DNA of 35,328 bases from a virus. Lineage: Duplodnaviria; Caudoviricetes. The notes beneath the pieces are model-generated. The model was not told the DNA's origin. It saw only the letters and a program-made list of their open reading frames with translations, and did no database searches. Position 1 is the first letter of the stretch. The number at the start of each line of letters is the position of its first letter. The stretch covers positions 1 to 35,328 of the IMG/VR virus record IMGVR_UViG_3300051213_000013; one strand, given 5' to 3'. A program made the translations under genes and the position numbers. Below, piece by piece: positions 18,492 to 28,384 of this stretch.

Positions 18492-19704
18492 TTCAGAATC
18501 CAAACTAATCTCTGCTGTTTTGCAAGATAAGCAGATTCACGTATTGCTACAGGCAAACGTTGACAACATTCTCAAGACCCATAAGGATATCTGGAACTTT
18601 ATTAGGTTATACTTTGAGCAGAATGGATCCACTCCTCCACAATCATTGGTTGTAGAGAAGTTCCGTGACTTTCAGCCTGAGTCTGGGGTAGGTGCAACAA
18701 AGCACCATCTAGAAGAGTTGCAGGCAGAGTTTATGACTGATAGCCTAAAGGATATCATTAGAACTGCTGCTGCAGAGGTTCAGGCAGACAAAGGGCTAGA
18801 TGCTCTTGAGCTACTAATCTCAAAAACATCTGAGCTAAGAAAGAATACTGCAGCAATCCGTGATATTGATGCCACAGATCTTGAGTCTGCAATTGCATAC
18901 TACGAGAATGTGAAGAAGCAGGCAGAGCTAGGCTTGGCTGGTATTAAGACTGGTTTGCCAGGATTTGACAACTATCTTCCAGCAGGAATTATGCCAGGAC
19001 AGCTAGGTGTAATGCTTGCGTATCCAGGTATTGGTAAGTCATGGCTATCGCTATATTTTGCGGTACAGGCATGGAAGCAAGGCAAGTCACCAATGATTGT
19101 ATCGCTTGAAATGAGTGAGACAGAAGTTCGTAACCGTGTATTTGCAATCATGGGGGAAGGTCTTTGGTCACACCGAAAGCTTTCTGCTGGACAAATTGAG
19201 ATTGATGACCTAAAGATGTGGCACCAGAAGGCACTTCAAGGCAAGCCAGAATTTCATATTATCTCTAATGATTCTGGTGGAGAGGTTACGCCATCCGTAT
19301 TGCGTGGTAAGATTGACCAGTATAAGCCAGACTTTGTTGTGGTTGACTACCTTCAGCTTATGTCGCCAAACCAAAAGTCAGATAACGAAACTGTGCGTAT
19401 GAAGAACCTGTCTCGTGAGCTAAAGCTTATGGCTATCTCAGAAGAGGTTCCCATTATTGCTATTTCGTCTGCTACTCCTGACGATGTAACTAAGCTTGAT
19501 ACTGTTCCAACACTTGGACAGACTGCATGGTCACGTCAAATTGCATACGATGCTGACTGGGTCCTTGCTCTTGGTCGTGGAACCAACTCTGACATTATTG
19601 AGTGTGTATTCCGTAAAAACCGTAATGGCTTTATGGGAGAGTTCTTGGTTCAGGCAGACTTTGACAAGGGATACTACAAGTACAAGGATTTCGAGGATAA
19701 CTAA
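18484..19704 (+). CDS. dnaB: DnaB-like replicative helicase
   Basis: Motifs GIKTG, Walker A AYPGIGKS, SLEM, Walker B VVVDYLQL, YDAD, and KNRNG (arginine finger). Confidence 0.93.
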   Translation: MSNSESKLISAVLQDKQIHVLLQANVDNILKTHKDIWNFIRLYFEQNGSTPPQSLVVEKFRDFQPESGVGATKHHLEELQAEFMTDSLKDIIRTAAAEVQADKGLDALELLISKTSELRKNTAAIRDIDATDLESAIAYYENVKKQAELGLAGIKTGLPGFDNYLPAGIMPGQLGVMLAYPGIGKSWLSLYFAVQAWKQGKSPMIVSLEMSETEVRNRVFAIMGEGLWSHRKLSAGQIEIDDLKMWHQKALQGKPEFHIISNDSGGEVTPSVLRGKIDQYKPDFVVVDYLQLMSPNQKSDNETVRMKNLSRELKLMAISEEVPIIAISSATPDDVTKLDTVPTLGQTAWSRQIAYDADWVLALGRGTNSDIIECVFRKNRNGFMGEFLVQADFDKGYYKYKDFEDN

Positions 19705-20621
19705 TGGCTGCGTATACTCCTGATCAAATTAAGAAGGTACTGATTGGTGCAGGTCTCACTATTGAAAAAGAGATTGACTCTGATTACATTATCTTCTGTC
19801 CTTTTCATGCTAACAACAGAACTCCAGCAGGAGAAGTAGACAAGAATACTGGAAAGTTTTTTTGCTTTTCTTGTCACCATGTTGCAGATTTGGTTGAGGT
19901 AGTTATGCACACAACAGCACGTAGTTACTTTGAGGCAGCACGTTACATTAAATCAAAAGAAGGATTGTCATCCATTATTGGTGATGTAGAGAAAAAGCTT
20001 ATCAGCATTCCAGAGTATATTCAGTATGACCAGGTACTAATCAAGAGGCTTAACCAACAAGCACTTGAGTCTCCAAGAGCAATGAGGTATTATGCTGGCA
20101 GACTTATAACAGAAGCATCTGTAAAAAAGTTTCAGCTTGGATATTCAGAAAAGCAAGATATGGTTACAATACCAGTGGCTGCACCTGACGGAATGGAGGT
20201 TGGCTTTGTTGGTAGATCTATTGAGGGTAAAGACTTTAAGAATACTCCTGGGCTACCAAAGTCAAAAATTTTATTTAACTTGCATAGAGTTAAGACATCT
20301 AGCAGAGTTTATGTGGTAGAATCGTCTTTCGATGCTATTCGTTTAGATCAGGTTGGAATTCCAGCTGTTGCTACACTAGGTGCAATGGTATCTACAAAGC
20401 AGATAGAGCTTCTTCGTAAGTACTTCAACTCTGTTTTTGTTATTGCAGACAACGATGAGGCAGGAGGTAACATGAGAGACAAGATTATTAAAAGTCTTGG
20501 TGCAATGGTTACTACTGTTAAGTTAGACTCTGCCTACAAAGACATTGGGGATATGCAAGACGAAGATATAAAAAGGCTAGATATGTCATTTGACAAATCA
20601 ATATTGGCCATGCTACAATAA
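19704..20621 (+). CDS. dnaG: DNA primase (Zn finger plus TOPRIM)
   Basis: CPFH...CFSC Zn finger, GFVGR, VVESSFDA, ADNDEAG, KDIGD. Confidence 0.9.
   Translation: MAAYTPDQIKKVLIGAGLTIEKEIDSDYIIFCPFHANNRTPAGEVDKNTGKFFCFSCHHVADLVEVVMHTTARSYFEAARYIKSKEGLSSIIGDVEKKLISIPEYIQYDQVLIKRLNQQALESPRAMRYYAGRLITEASVKKFQLGYSEKQDMVTIPVAAPDGMEVGFVGRSIEGKDFKNTPGLPKSKILFNLHRVKTSSRVYVVESSFDAIRLDQVGIPAVATLGAMVSTKQIELLRKYFNSVFVIADNDEAGGNMRDKIIKSLGAMVTTVKLDSAYKDIGDMQDEDIKRLDMSFDKSILAMLQ
20590..20619 (+). promoter_or_regulatory. Promoter for the SSB gene, embedded in the primase 3' end
   Basis: TTGACA (20590-95), 18 nt spacer, TACAAT (20614-19), with TG extension. Confidence 0.65.
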
Positions 20622-20650
20622 TACAACAAACAACAAATAAGGAGAACACC

Positions 20651-21304
20651 ATGGGTGTAATTAAAGGGCTAAAGGATATCAATGCAATTCTTGATAAGCC
20701 AAAGTATGAAAGCACAGGAACAAAGGTTCGTTGGGTAAAGCTAGCTGACGGACAGGCTGCAAAGATTCGTTTCGTAGAGGAATTGGATCAGGACTCAGCA
20801 CACTATGACGAGGCTCGTGGCCTCTCTGTAGTAATTGCACAGCACACCAATCCAAAGGACTACAAGCGTATGGCTGCATGTACCATGGAGACTGAAGGTC
20901 GCTGCTTCGCATGTGAGATGGCACGTAAGGAGCCAAAGGCTGGTTGGCGTTCAAAGCTTCGCTTCTACTGCAACGTGCTGGTAGAGGATGGCCTTGAGGC
21001 ACCATACATTGCAGTTTGGTCACAGGGTGTTACCAAGCAGTCCGCATTCAATACTATTCGTGAGTATGCATTAGAGACTGGCTCAATCTCAAACCTTGAG
21101 TGGAAGCTAAAGCGTAATGGTCAGGGAACTGAAACCAACTATACACTTCTTCCTACCAAGCCAGACTCAGAGCCATTCGTATGGGGAGACTACGAATTCC
21201 ACAACCTTGAGAAGGTCGTTCGTGAGGTTCCATACCCAGAGCAGGAAGCATTCTACTTTGGATTCGACACTCCGTCTGTTACATCAACCAATATTGATTG
21301 GTAA
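20651..21304 (+). CDS. Single-stranded DNA-binding protein (gp32-like)
   Basis: Lies between primase and polymerase. Has H...C...CFAC Zn ligands, KRNGQGTETNY, and a C-terminal ...NIDW tail. Strong RBS AAGGAG. Confidence 0.75.
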   Translation: MGVIKGLKDINAILDKPKYESTGTKVRWVKLADGQAAKIRFVEELDQDSAHYDEARGLSVVIAQHTNPKDYKRMAACTMETEGRCFACEMARKEPKAGWRSKLRFYCNVLVEDGLEAPYIAVWSQGVTKQSAFNTIREYALETGSISNLEWKLKRNGQGTETNYTLLPTKPDSEPFVWGDYEFHNLEKVVREVPYPEQEAFYFGFDTPSVTSTNIDW

Positions 21305-21316
21305 TTAAGTTTGATT

Positions 21317-21340
21317 TGGGGGTAACTTCGGTTGCCCCCA
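21317..21340 (+). terminator. Stable hairpin with cUUCGg tetraloop (weak terminator or mRNA stabiliser)
   Basis: TGGGGGTAAC-TTCG-GTTGCCCCCA, with only a poor U tract downstream. Confidence 0.65.
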
Positions 21341-21394
21341 TCTCATCTTATCTCGTATAAATTATTAAAATAAAAACTAACAAAAAGGAAATCA

Positions 21395-24300
21395 ATGAGT
21401 TACGCTGGTCTACATGTCCACACACACTACTCGCTATTTGACGGAATTGCAACACCACAGGAATATGTGGACCGTGCCGTAGAGCTGGGCATGCCAGCAA
21501 TCGCAATCACTGACCATGGATCTCTATCTGGTCACCGTGAAATGTATCGTGTTGCCAAAGAGGCAGGAATCAAACCAATCCTTGGTATCGAAGGGTACAT
21601 TACTAAAGACCGCTTTGACCACACAGACAAGAAGGAAAAGAACGACCCTCTTGATCTAAACTACAACCACCTTATTATTATTGCAAAGAATGCTAAGGGT
21701 CTACAGAATCTAAATAAGCTTAATGAGATTGCTTGGACAGAAGGTTTTTATAAGAAGCCACGTATTGACTGGGATATTCTAGAGCAGTATAAGGATGGGC
21801 TTATCATTACCTCTGGATGTCTATCTGGTGTTCTTGCCAAGGCTATTGAAGCTAATGAGTTCGCATATGCAAAAGAGCACATTCAAAAGTGCAAGACTAT
21901 TTTTGGCGATGACTACTACATTGAGGTCATGCCACATAACCCTCCAGAGATTAACAAGGCTCTTCTAGACCTTGCAGATGAATTTGGTGTAAAGCCTGTA
22001 GTAACTCCAGACTGCCACCACTCTGACCCATCTCAGAAAGAAATTCAGGAGCTCAAGCTAATCCTTAACTCATACTCAAATAAAGTTGAGACGGGTGCAA
22101 CCTATGATGGTTCAAAGAAGTATGACAACCTGATGGATCGTCTAGACTACCTTTATGGTGCAGACCGTCAGATGTCATTTAATAAGTTTGAGATTCACTT
22201 GCTATCTGATGAAGAAATGCATAACGCCATGAAGGCACAGGGCATTGACCGTGAAGACATGTACGAGGCTACTCGTGAAATTGTTGATAAGGTAGAAGAC
22301 TATAACATTCAAGACCACCAAGACCTATTGCCTGTGCAATACCAGAATCCCAACAAAGAGCTTAGAGAGCTTGCTTTGGCTGGTCTAAAGGACCGTGGTA
22401 TTGAGACAGAAGAGTATCTAGCACGTCTAGATGAAGAGCTAGAGGTAATTGAGGCAAAGAACTTTGGTCCATACTTTCTTGTTGTACGCTCAATGATTTC
22501 TTGGGCCAAGAAGGAAGGCATCATGGTTGGTCCTGGTCGTGGCTCAGCTGCAGGTTCGCTCCTATGCTATGCTCTTGGCATTACAGACATTGACCCAATT
22601 GAGCATGGCCTACTGTTCTTCCGTTTTATTAACCCAGAGCGTAACGACTTCCCAGATATTGATACTGACATCCAGGACTCACGACGTGAAGAAGTGAAAG
22701 ACTATCTAGTCCGTCAGTATAAGCACGTGGCATCTATTGCAACATTCTTGCAGTTCCGTGGCAAGGGAATGGTTCGTGATATTGCACGTACACTAAATGT
22801 GCCACTGGCAGATGTCAACAAGGTTCTAAAGGTTGTTGACGACTGGGACGACTACTGCTCTTCAAAGCAGTCAGCATGGTTCCGTGAGAAGTATCCTGAG
22901 ATTGAAACTTATGGAGATCTTCTTCGTGGTCGCATTCGTGGTACTGGTATTCACGCTGCAGGTGTTGTAACATCTAAGCAGCCTATCTTTAAGTTTGCAC
23001 CACTAGAAACTCGGACCTCTCCAGGAAATAAGGAGCGAATCCCAGTTGTGGCGGTAGACATGGAAGAGGCAGAGCGTATTGGTCTAATTAAGATCGATGC
23101 ACTTGGCCTAAAGACATTGTCTGTACTAAAGGATACTCTAAACATTATTGAGGAGCGTCACGATAAGAAAATTGATCTGTTGTCAATTGATATGGATGAT
23201 GCCAATGTGTATAGAATGCTATCTGATGGATACACAAAGGGTGTGTTCCAATGTGAAGCAACACCATATACAAATCTTCTAGTAAAGATGGGTGTAAAGA
23301 ACCTAGCAGAGCTTGCTGCTTCTAATGCTCTAGTTCGTCCAGGTGCTGCAAATACAATTGGTAAAGACTACATTGCACGTAAGCAGGGTAGACAGAATAT
23401 TGACTATAAGCACCAAGTTATGAAGTCTTTTACTGCAGAGACCTATGGCTGCATCTTGTACCAGGAACAGGTTATGCAGGCTTGTACAGAGCTTGGTGGC
23501 ATGACAATGGCCGAGGCTGACAAGGTTCGTAAGATCATTGGTAAGAAGAAGGATGCTAAGGAATTTGACCAGTTCAAGGACAAGTTCGTAAAGGGGGCAT
23601 CAAGATTCCTATCGCCAAACGTTGCTGAAGAGCTTTGGACAGACTTTGAGGCTCACGCAGGCTACTCATTCAATAAGTCTCACGCTGTGGCCTACTCAAC
23701 GCTTTCATACTGGACAGCATGGCTAAAGTACCACTATCCCCTAGAGTTTATGTACTCAATTCTCAAGAACGAGAAAGATAAGGATGCACGTACTGAGTAT
23801 CTAATTGAAACAAAGCGTATGGGGATTCCCATCAAGCTTCCACATGTAAACGACTCAGATGCTGACTTCAAGATTGAGGGCAAGGGTATTAGATTTGGAC
23901 TTACTGGAATTAAGTATATCTCAGATAACATTGCCTCTAAGTATATGGCTGCTCGTCCATTTGGCTCCTACAAGGAGCTAGAAGAGTTTACATTTGGTAA
24001 GGGTAATGGTGTTAATAGCCGTGCGTTACAGGCCATGAGGGTTGTTGGTGCTGCTACATTCCAAGACCAGCCAAGAAATGACCAAGAGATTCGTGAGAAC
24101 CTATACGAGTATCTAAACCTGCCAGAGTTTAATATCTCTGTTCCTCAGCACTATCACGCATTCATTAGTGATGTAGAAGAGTTTGAAGAGAAGGGCTCAT
24201 TTATTCTCATGGGTATGGTAAAGGAGATTAAGCGTGGTAAAGGTTGGTCACGTGTAGAAATTCTAGATAAGACAGGAAGCGTGGGTATATTTGACGATGA

Positions 24301-24670
24301 GCAGTCTACAATCGAAACTGGAAAAACATATCTTATTTTGGCTAGCGATAATCGCATTACTGAGGCCATCCAGATTGATGAGATTGGTAAGGTTGATTCG
24401 GCACTTGTAAAGTATCTTAACTACAAGCAGTTGCCGTATAAAGATGAAGAAATGTTTGTTGTCTCATTCAAGTCACGCATAACTAAGGCTGGCAAGAAGA
24501 TGGCAACACTTACTTTAGCAGATGCCTCTAGAGAACTGCACCCTGTGACAGTATTCCCTACTGCATATGCTAAGGCTTATATGAAGATTCAGGAAGGATC
24601 TGCATACAAATTTGATTTGGGTAAAACCAAGGATGGAACAATAATTATGGAGGATGCACATGCAATTTGA
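21395..24670 (+). CDS. dnaE: DNA polymerase III alpha subunit (DnaE-type)
   Basis: PHP domain HVHTHYSLFDG/TDHG, GPGRGSAAGS, catalytic PDIDTD, HAAGVV, KIDALGL, YSFNKSH. No intein is evident. Confidence 0.96.
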   Translation: MSYAGLHVHTHYSLFDGIATPQEYVDRAVELGMPAIAITDHGSLSGHREMYRVAKEAGIKPILGIEGYITKDRFDHTDKKEKNDPLDLNYNHLIIIAKNAKGLQNLNKLNEIAWTEGFYKKPRIDWDILEQYKDGLIITSGCLSGVLAKAIEANEFAYAKEHIQKCKTIFGDDYYIEVMPHNPPEINKALLDLADEFGVKPVVTPDCHHSDPSQKEIQELKLILNSYSNKVETGATYDGSKKYDNLMDRLDYLYGADRQMSFNKFEIHLLSDEEMHNAMKAQGIDREDMYEATREIVDKVEDYNIQDHQDLLPVQYQNPNKELRELALAGLKDRGIETEEYLARLDEELEVIEAKNFGPYFLVVRSMISWAKKEGIMVGPGRGSAAGSLLCYALGITDIDPIEHGLLFFRFINPERNDFPDIDTDIQDSRREEVKDYLVRQYKHVASIATFLQFRGKGMVRDIARTLNVPLADVNKVLKVVDDWDDYCSSKQSAWFREKYPEIETYGDLLRGRIRGTGIHAAGVVTSKQPIFKFAPLETRTSPGNKERIPVVAVDMEEAERIGLIKIDALGLKTLSVLKDTLNIIEERHDKKIDLLSIDMDDANVYRMLSDGYTKGVFQCEATPYTNLLVKMGVKNLAELAASNALVRPGAANTIGKDYIARKQGRQNIDYKHQVMKSFTAETYGCILYQEQVMQACTELGGMTMAEADKVRKIIGKKKDAKEFDQFKDKFVKGASRFLSPNVAEELWTDFEAHAGYSFNKSHAVAYSTLSYWTAWLKYHYPLEFMYSILKNEKDKDARTEYLIETKRMGIPIKLPHVNDSDADFKIEGKGIRFGLTGIKYISDNIASKYMAARPFGSYKELEEFTFGKGNGVNSRALQAMRVVGAATFQDQPRNDQEIRENLYEYLNLPEFNISVPQHYHAFISDVEEFEEKGSFILMGMVKEIKRGKGWSRVEILDKTGSVGIFDDEQSTIETGKTYLILASDNRITEAIQIDEIGKVDSALVKYLNYKQLPYKDEEMFVVSFKSRITKAGKKMATLTLADASRELHPVTVFPTAYAKAYMKIQEGSAYKFDLGKTKDGTIIMEDAHAI

Positions 24671-24980
24671 TGATTGGGCAGAAGAGCTACACAAGACTGC
24701 CGTAGCTAAAGGCTTTTGGCCAGAAGATGTAGATGATATCTTCATTACAAAGCAGTTAATGATGATTGTGTCAGAAGCTGTAGAGGTCATGGAGGCTATT
24801 AGAAAGGATAAGGGAGAAGACCAAATCGCTGATGAAATGGCAGATATCCTTATTAGAACCTTTGATCTATACGCAGGTCTAGTGGAGCATGGATATACCA
24901 GAACTTCGCTAGACTATGCTATGGAGAAGAAGACAAGCTTCAATAAGACAAGACCAGAAAAGCACGGGGTAAAGTTCTAA
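24660..24980 (+). CDS. MazG-like nucleotide pyrophosphohydrolase
   Basis: SEAVEVMEA...DEMADILIR (ExxE...ExxD). RBS GGAGG favours ATG 24660. Confidence 0.8.
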   Translation: MQFDDWAEELHKTAVAKGFWPEDVDDIFITKQLMMIVSEAVEVMEAIRKDKGEDQIADEMADILIRTFDLYAGLVEHGYTRTSLDYAMEKKTSFNKTRPEKHGVKF

Positions 24981-25993
24981 TGACAGTAAGTGTAGAAGAC
25001 GTACTAGCACAGCTTAATCCAAAGCTACGTAAAAACATTATGGTTGGGGATTCAGTTCCAGAAACAGAGTTTCAGCCAACACCAAGCTTTGGTCTTAATA
25101 GAGCACTTAATGGTGGATTGCCATATGGTCGTCAGGTATTGATTTGGGGATCCAAGTCATCTGCAAAGTCATCTGTATGTCTACAGACAATTGCTCTTGC
25201 ACAAAAAGAGGGAAAGATCTGTGCATGGATTGATGCTGAAATGTCATACGACAAGTCATGGGCAGAACGCCTAGGTGTAGATACATCAAAGCTTATCGTA
25301 TCTCAAGCACGTACAATCAATGACATGGTTGACGTTGGTACTCAGCTGATGAATGCTGGAGTGGACATAATCGTTGTTGACTCTATTACATCTCTGCTGC
25401 CTGCAATCTACTTTGAGAAAGACTCTGATGAGCTCAAGCAGCTAGAAAATACTAAGCAGATTGGTGCAGAAGCTAGAGACTTTAGCAATGCAGTAAAGAT
25501 GCTTAACTATGCAAACAATAAGGTTAAGCCTACGCTACTAATCTTTATTAGTCAGTCTAGAAATAACATTAGTGCTATGTACACTAGCCAGCAACCAACT
25601 GGAGGTACATCTGTTAAGTTCTACTCGTCTACTATTATTAAGCTGTTCTCGTCTGAATCAGACAATCAAGCAATTAAGGGGAAGATCCATGTTGGAGATA
25701 AATTCATTGAAGAAAAGATTGGTAGAAAAGTTCGCTGGGACCTTCAGTTCTCTAAGACTTCTCCTGCTTTCCAAGGTGGCGAGTATGACTTCTATTTTAG
25801 AGGCGATGACGTTGGTGTTGACAGTATTGGTGATCTTGTTGATACAGCAGAACAGCTAGGAATTGTTAATCGAACTGGTGCATGGTATCAGCTAGATGAT
25901 GGAACAAAAATCCAGGGTAGAGATGCCTTTGTCGCTAGAGTAAAGGAAGACCTAGACCTTCAGGACTCTATTAAGGCTAAGCTAAATGGCTAA
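24980..25993 (+). CDS. recA: RecA/UvsX-like recombinase
   Basis: GGLPYGR, Walker A GSKSSAKS, WIDAE, VVDSI, TGG..VKFYSS, TGAWY. Confidence 0.92.
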   Translation: MTVSVEDVLAQLNPKLRKNIMVGDSVPETEFQPTPSFGLNRALNGGLPYGRQVLIWGSKSSAKSSVCLQTIALAQKEGKICAWIDAEMSYDKSWAERLGVDTSKLIVSQARTINDMVDVGTQLMNAGVDIIVVDSITSLLPAIYFEKDSDELKQLENTKQIGAEARDFSNAVKMLNYANNKVKPTLLIFISQSRNNISAMYTSQQPTGGTSVKFYSSTIIKLFSSESDNQAIKGKIHVGDKFIEEKIGRKVRWDLQFSKTSPAFQGGEYDFYFRGDDVGVDSIGDLVDTAEQLGIVNRTGAWYQLDDGTKIQGRDAFVARVKEDLDLQDSIKAKLNG

Positions 25994-26162
25994 GTATACA
26001 GTTTACAATGGAAAGTTCCCATGCCACGTTTGTAAGGTAGAGGTAACTTCTTTGCGATCATATCCAGAAACAAAAGAGCTTACGTGGATGTGTAAGGATG
26101 GACACATTAGTAGAGTATCTCTAGCAACTAAGAAGAAAAAGGATTATGAGCGAGAGAAGTGA
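25986..26162 (+). CDS. 58-aa Zn-ribbon protein (absent from the ORF track)
   Basis: MAKYTVYNGKFPCHVCKVEVTSLRSYPETKELTWMCKDGHISRVSLATKKKKDYEREK; CxxC...CxxxH; overlaps both neighbouring genes. Confidence 0.75.
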   Translation: MAKYTVYNGKFPCHVCKVEVTSLRSYPETKELTWMCKDGHISRVSLATKKKKDYEREK

Positions 26163-26430
26163 GAGCAAGAGGATAGGTGCTAAGCAGCATAAGAATTCTG
26201 GTAGGAATACCAAGAAGGGCGATGCTACTTGGCATAACTTCACTGTTGACTTTAAAGAATATCCAAAAGGATTCACAGTTAACAAGGATAACTGGGCCAA
26301 GGCAGTAACTGATGCAATTCGAAACGGCAATGACCCAGCAATATTTGTTGTGCTTGGTGAGGGCAATCAGAAAGTAAGGCTTGCAATCGTTGAGCTAGAG
26401 CTTCTAGAGCAGCTTATAGATGATGTATAA
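26146..26430 (+). CDS. Holliday junction resolvase-like PD-(D/E)XK nuclease
   Basis: E...NSG...KGD...VDFKE pattern; lies just downstream of recA. Confidence 0.65.
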   Translation: MSERSESKRIGAKQHKNSGRNTKKGDATWHNFTVDFKEYPKGFTVNKDNWAKAVTDAIRNGNDPAIFVVLGEGNQKVRLAIVELELLEQLIDDV

Positions 26431-26431
26431 T
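26426..26431 (+). promoter_or_regulatory. -10 element TATAAT, predicted leaderless transcript for the first oxygenase
   Basis: TATAAT is 6 nt before ATG 26438; no SD sequence. Confidence 0.55.
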
Positions 26432-26437
26432 AGTAGC

Positions 26438-26974
26438 ATGACACAGCATATTAAAAATCTATTTGATGCAGAAGAGGTTGCCCTCATAGAGCAGATCGTC
26501 AATGACGAAAAGTCAAGACGTAAGGTATATGTTTGGGATGAGTTTAGCGGTCAGCAATTTCCGCAGGGAATAATGGATGATTCTGACTACATGGTGCAAA
26601 ATGTTAGTCTTGGCAAAATTATGTTTAACCTAAGCCTACCAGATTTGATTAAGTCTAAGTTAGTAGATGTTGCTAAGGCTGGTGGTTTCGATGTTAACTA
26701 CTTTTGTGCTACATATACAGAGTACTCAGCTGACTATGGAAATCCAGTACTCACACCACATAAAGATATGCAAAATTTCTGTCTTATAGACTATCAGCTA
26801 GATGCCAACACTTCCTGGCCACTATTTGTTGAGGATGATACGTTTGATCTAGATGTAAATGACGGACTAATGTTTCTCCCATCAAAGATGATGCACGGTA
26901 GACCAGATAAGGCATTTACTGATGGGGAATACGTCAAGATGATTTTCTTTGATATGAAGTTGGTGAATGAATGA
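26438..26974 (+). CDS. 2OG-Fe(II) oxygenase family protein 1
   Basis: LTPHKD (HxD)...DYQLDAN..WPLFVED...MMHGRP. ATG 26438 is preferred over 26420. Confidence 0.75.
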   Translation: MTQHIKNLFDAEEVALIEQIVNDEKSRRKVYVWDEFSGQQFPQGIMDDSDYMVQNVSLGKIMFNLSLPDLIKSKLVDVAKAGGFDVNYFCATYTEYSADYGNPVLTPHKDMQNFCLIDYQLDANTSWPLFVEDDTFDLDVNDGLMFLPSKMMHGRPDKAFTDGEYVKMIFFDMKLVNE

Positions 26975-27546
26975 TTTCATTAGATAATTTTATTATAGAT
27001 AATATATTTACTGATGAAGAAATCTCAGTAATTTATGATCACGTTAATAATACTCCAGAAGAAAAGAGATATCTTCAGGACTGCTTTGGTCATACTGCCT
27101 ATTTCTCCTGGCTTCCAGAAAGTATCATTAAAAAGATTGAGAAGGTAGTCGCTGAAAACTTTGACATGCCACTAATCCTTAGAGAGCTTTCTTTTGCTAG
27201 ATATGATACGGCAGATGGTAAAAAGCCAGCACTCTACCCACACTTTGACGAGACATTCCAGGAACAAAGAGTAACTGTTGATATTCAGGTTAAGTCAACT
27301 ATGCCATGGGCAATCGTTGTTGAGGATAAGCCATATGTTCTTCAGGATAATCAAGCTTTAGTCTTTGGTGGAACACATCAGATACATTGGAGAGAGAAGG
27401 TGGCTTTTTCAGATACGGACCACGTAGATATGATCTTCTGCCATTTTTCAGAGCCGTTAGATGTTGCAGCTCCACATTCCGCAGAGCACTTAGAAAAAAT
27501 GTTGCTCAAGCAGCAAAAATATAAAGATGCATATTACGCAAACTAA
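26971..27546 (+). CDS. 2OG-Fe(II) oxygenase family protein 2
   Basis: FARY...LYPHFD...WAIVVED...QIHWRE...DMIFCHF; ATGA overlap with the previous gene. Confidence 0.8.
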   Translation: MISLDNFIIDNIFTDEEISVIYDHVNNTPEEKRYLQDCFGHTAYFSWLPESIIKKIEKVVAENFDMPLILRELSFARYDTADGKKPALYPHFDETFQEQRVTVDIQVKSTMPWAIVVEDKPYVLQDNQALVFGGTHQIHWREKVAFSDTDHVDMIFCHFSEPLDVAAPHSAEHLEKMLLKQQKYKDAYYAN

Positions 27547-27553
27547 GTTTTTA

Positions 27554-27562
27554 TGGTAAAAT
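27554..27562 (+). promoter_or_regulatory. Extended -10 promoter TGGTAAAAT
   Basis: Intergenic, followed by RBS GAGAGG and ATG 27584. Confidence 0.55.
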
Positions 27563-27583
27563 TGTATAAATGAGAGGTACAAA

Positions 27584-28384
27584 ATGAATAATACAAATGT
27601 AGCACCAATGCACAAATGGCTAACAGACTTTGACAAATATAATAAGCCTTTGCCAATTTACATCGAAAACCCATTCAATGAGCAGCAAGTTGAGCTGTTG
27701 CGTGGCGTAATCGAAAATAATCGTAGCCTAATGAATAACGCTCAGTATGATCGACTTCAAGGCAACCAAGAACAGTACTATGGTGAGACAAGATTCCATC
27801 CAAAGAAGATTGTCCACATGTCAAGACTGCTGATTGAGTTTGTCTGTCCTCCAGAGATTGAGGCGGTAATGGATTCATATGCAAAACCTTTGCACCAGGA
27901 TCCAATCAGATTAACTCATTATAACTACATTGACTACAACATGGCATATGGTGATGGCAAGCATGCTCCATCGCTACCACCACATCTAGATGCAGATGAA
28001 AACCTAGTAACATTTAACTACTGCCTTGACCAGAATATCGAAGACTGGACTCTTTGGGTAGATGATAAAGAGTATAACCTAAAGAAGGGTGATGCTATTA
28101 TCTTTAGTGCTGTTAATCAGGTTCACTGGAGACCAAAGCGTAAGTGGAAAGAGGGAGAGTTCTGCGAAATTGTAAGCTTTGACTACTGCCCAGTTACCAA
28201 CTATCGATGGACTGGACAGACTAATCCAATTGACCCAATGGAAAGATTCCAAGAGCGACAGGCATATCAGGATGAGGTTGCAAAGCATCCTAAGATGATT
28301 GCTGCATGGGACATCTATAATGCTATGGGTCTAGAGGCTGGCATTCCAAACCAAGATATTGCAGGTTTCGCTGATGCAGAATGA
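27584..28384 (+). CDS. 2OG-Fe(II) oxygenase family protein 3
   Basis: YIDY...LPPHLD...WTLWVDD...QVHWRP...EIVSFDY. Confidence 0.8.
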   Translation: MNNTNVAPMHKWLTDFDKYNKPLPIYIENPFNEQQVELLRGVIENNRSLMNNAQYDRLQGNQEQYYGETRFHPKKIVHMSRLLIEFVCPPEIEAVMDSYAKPLHQDPIRLTHYNYIDYNMAYGDGKHAPSLPPHLDADENLVTFNYCLDQNIEDWTLWVDDKEYNLKKGDAIIFSAVNQVHWRPKRKWKEGEFCEIVSFDYCPVTNYRWTGQTNPIDPMERFQERQAYQDEVAKHPKMIAAWDIYNAMGLEAGIPNQDIAGFADAE

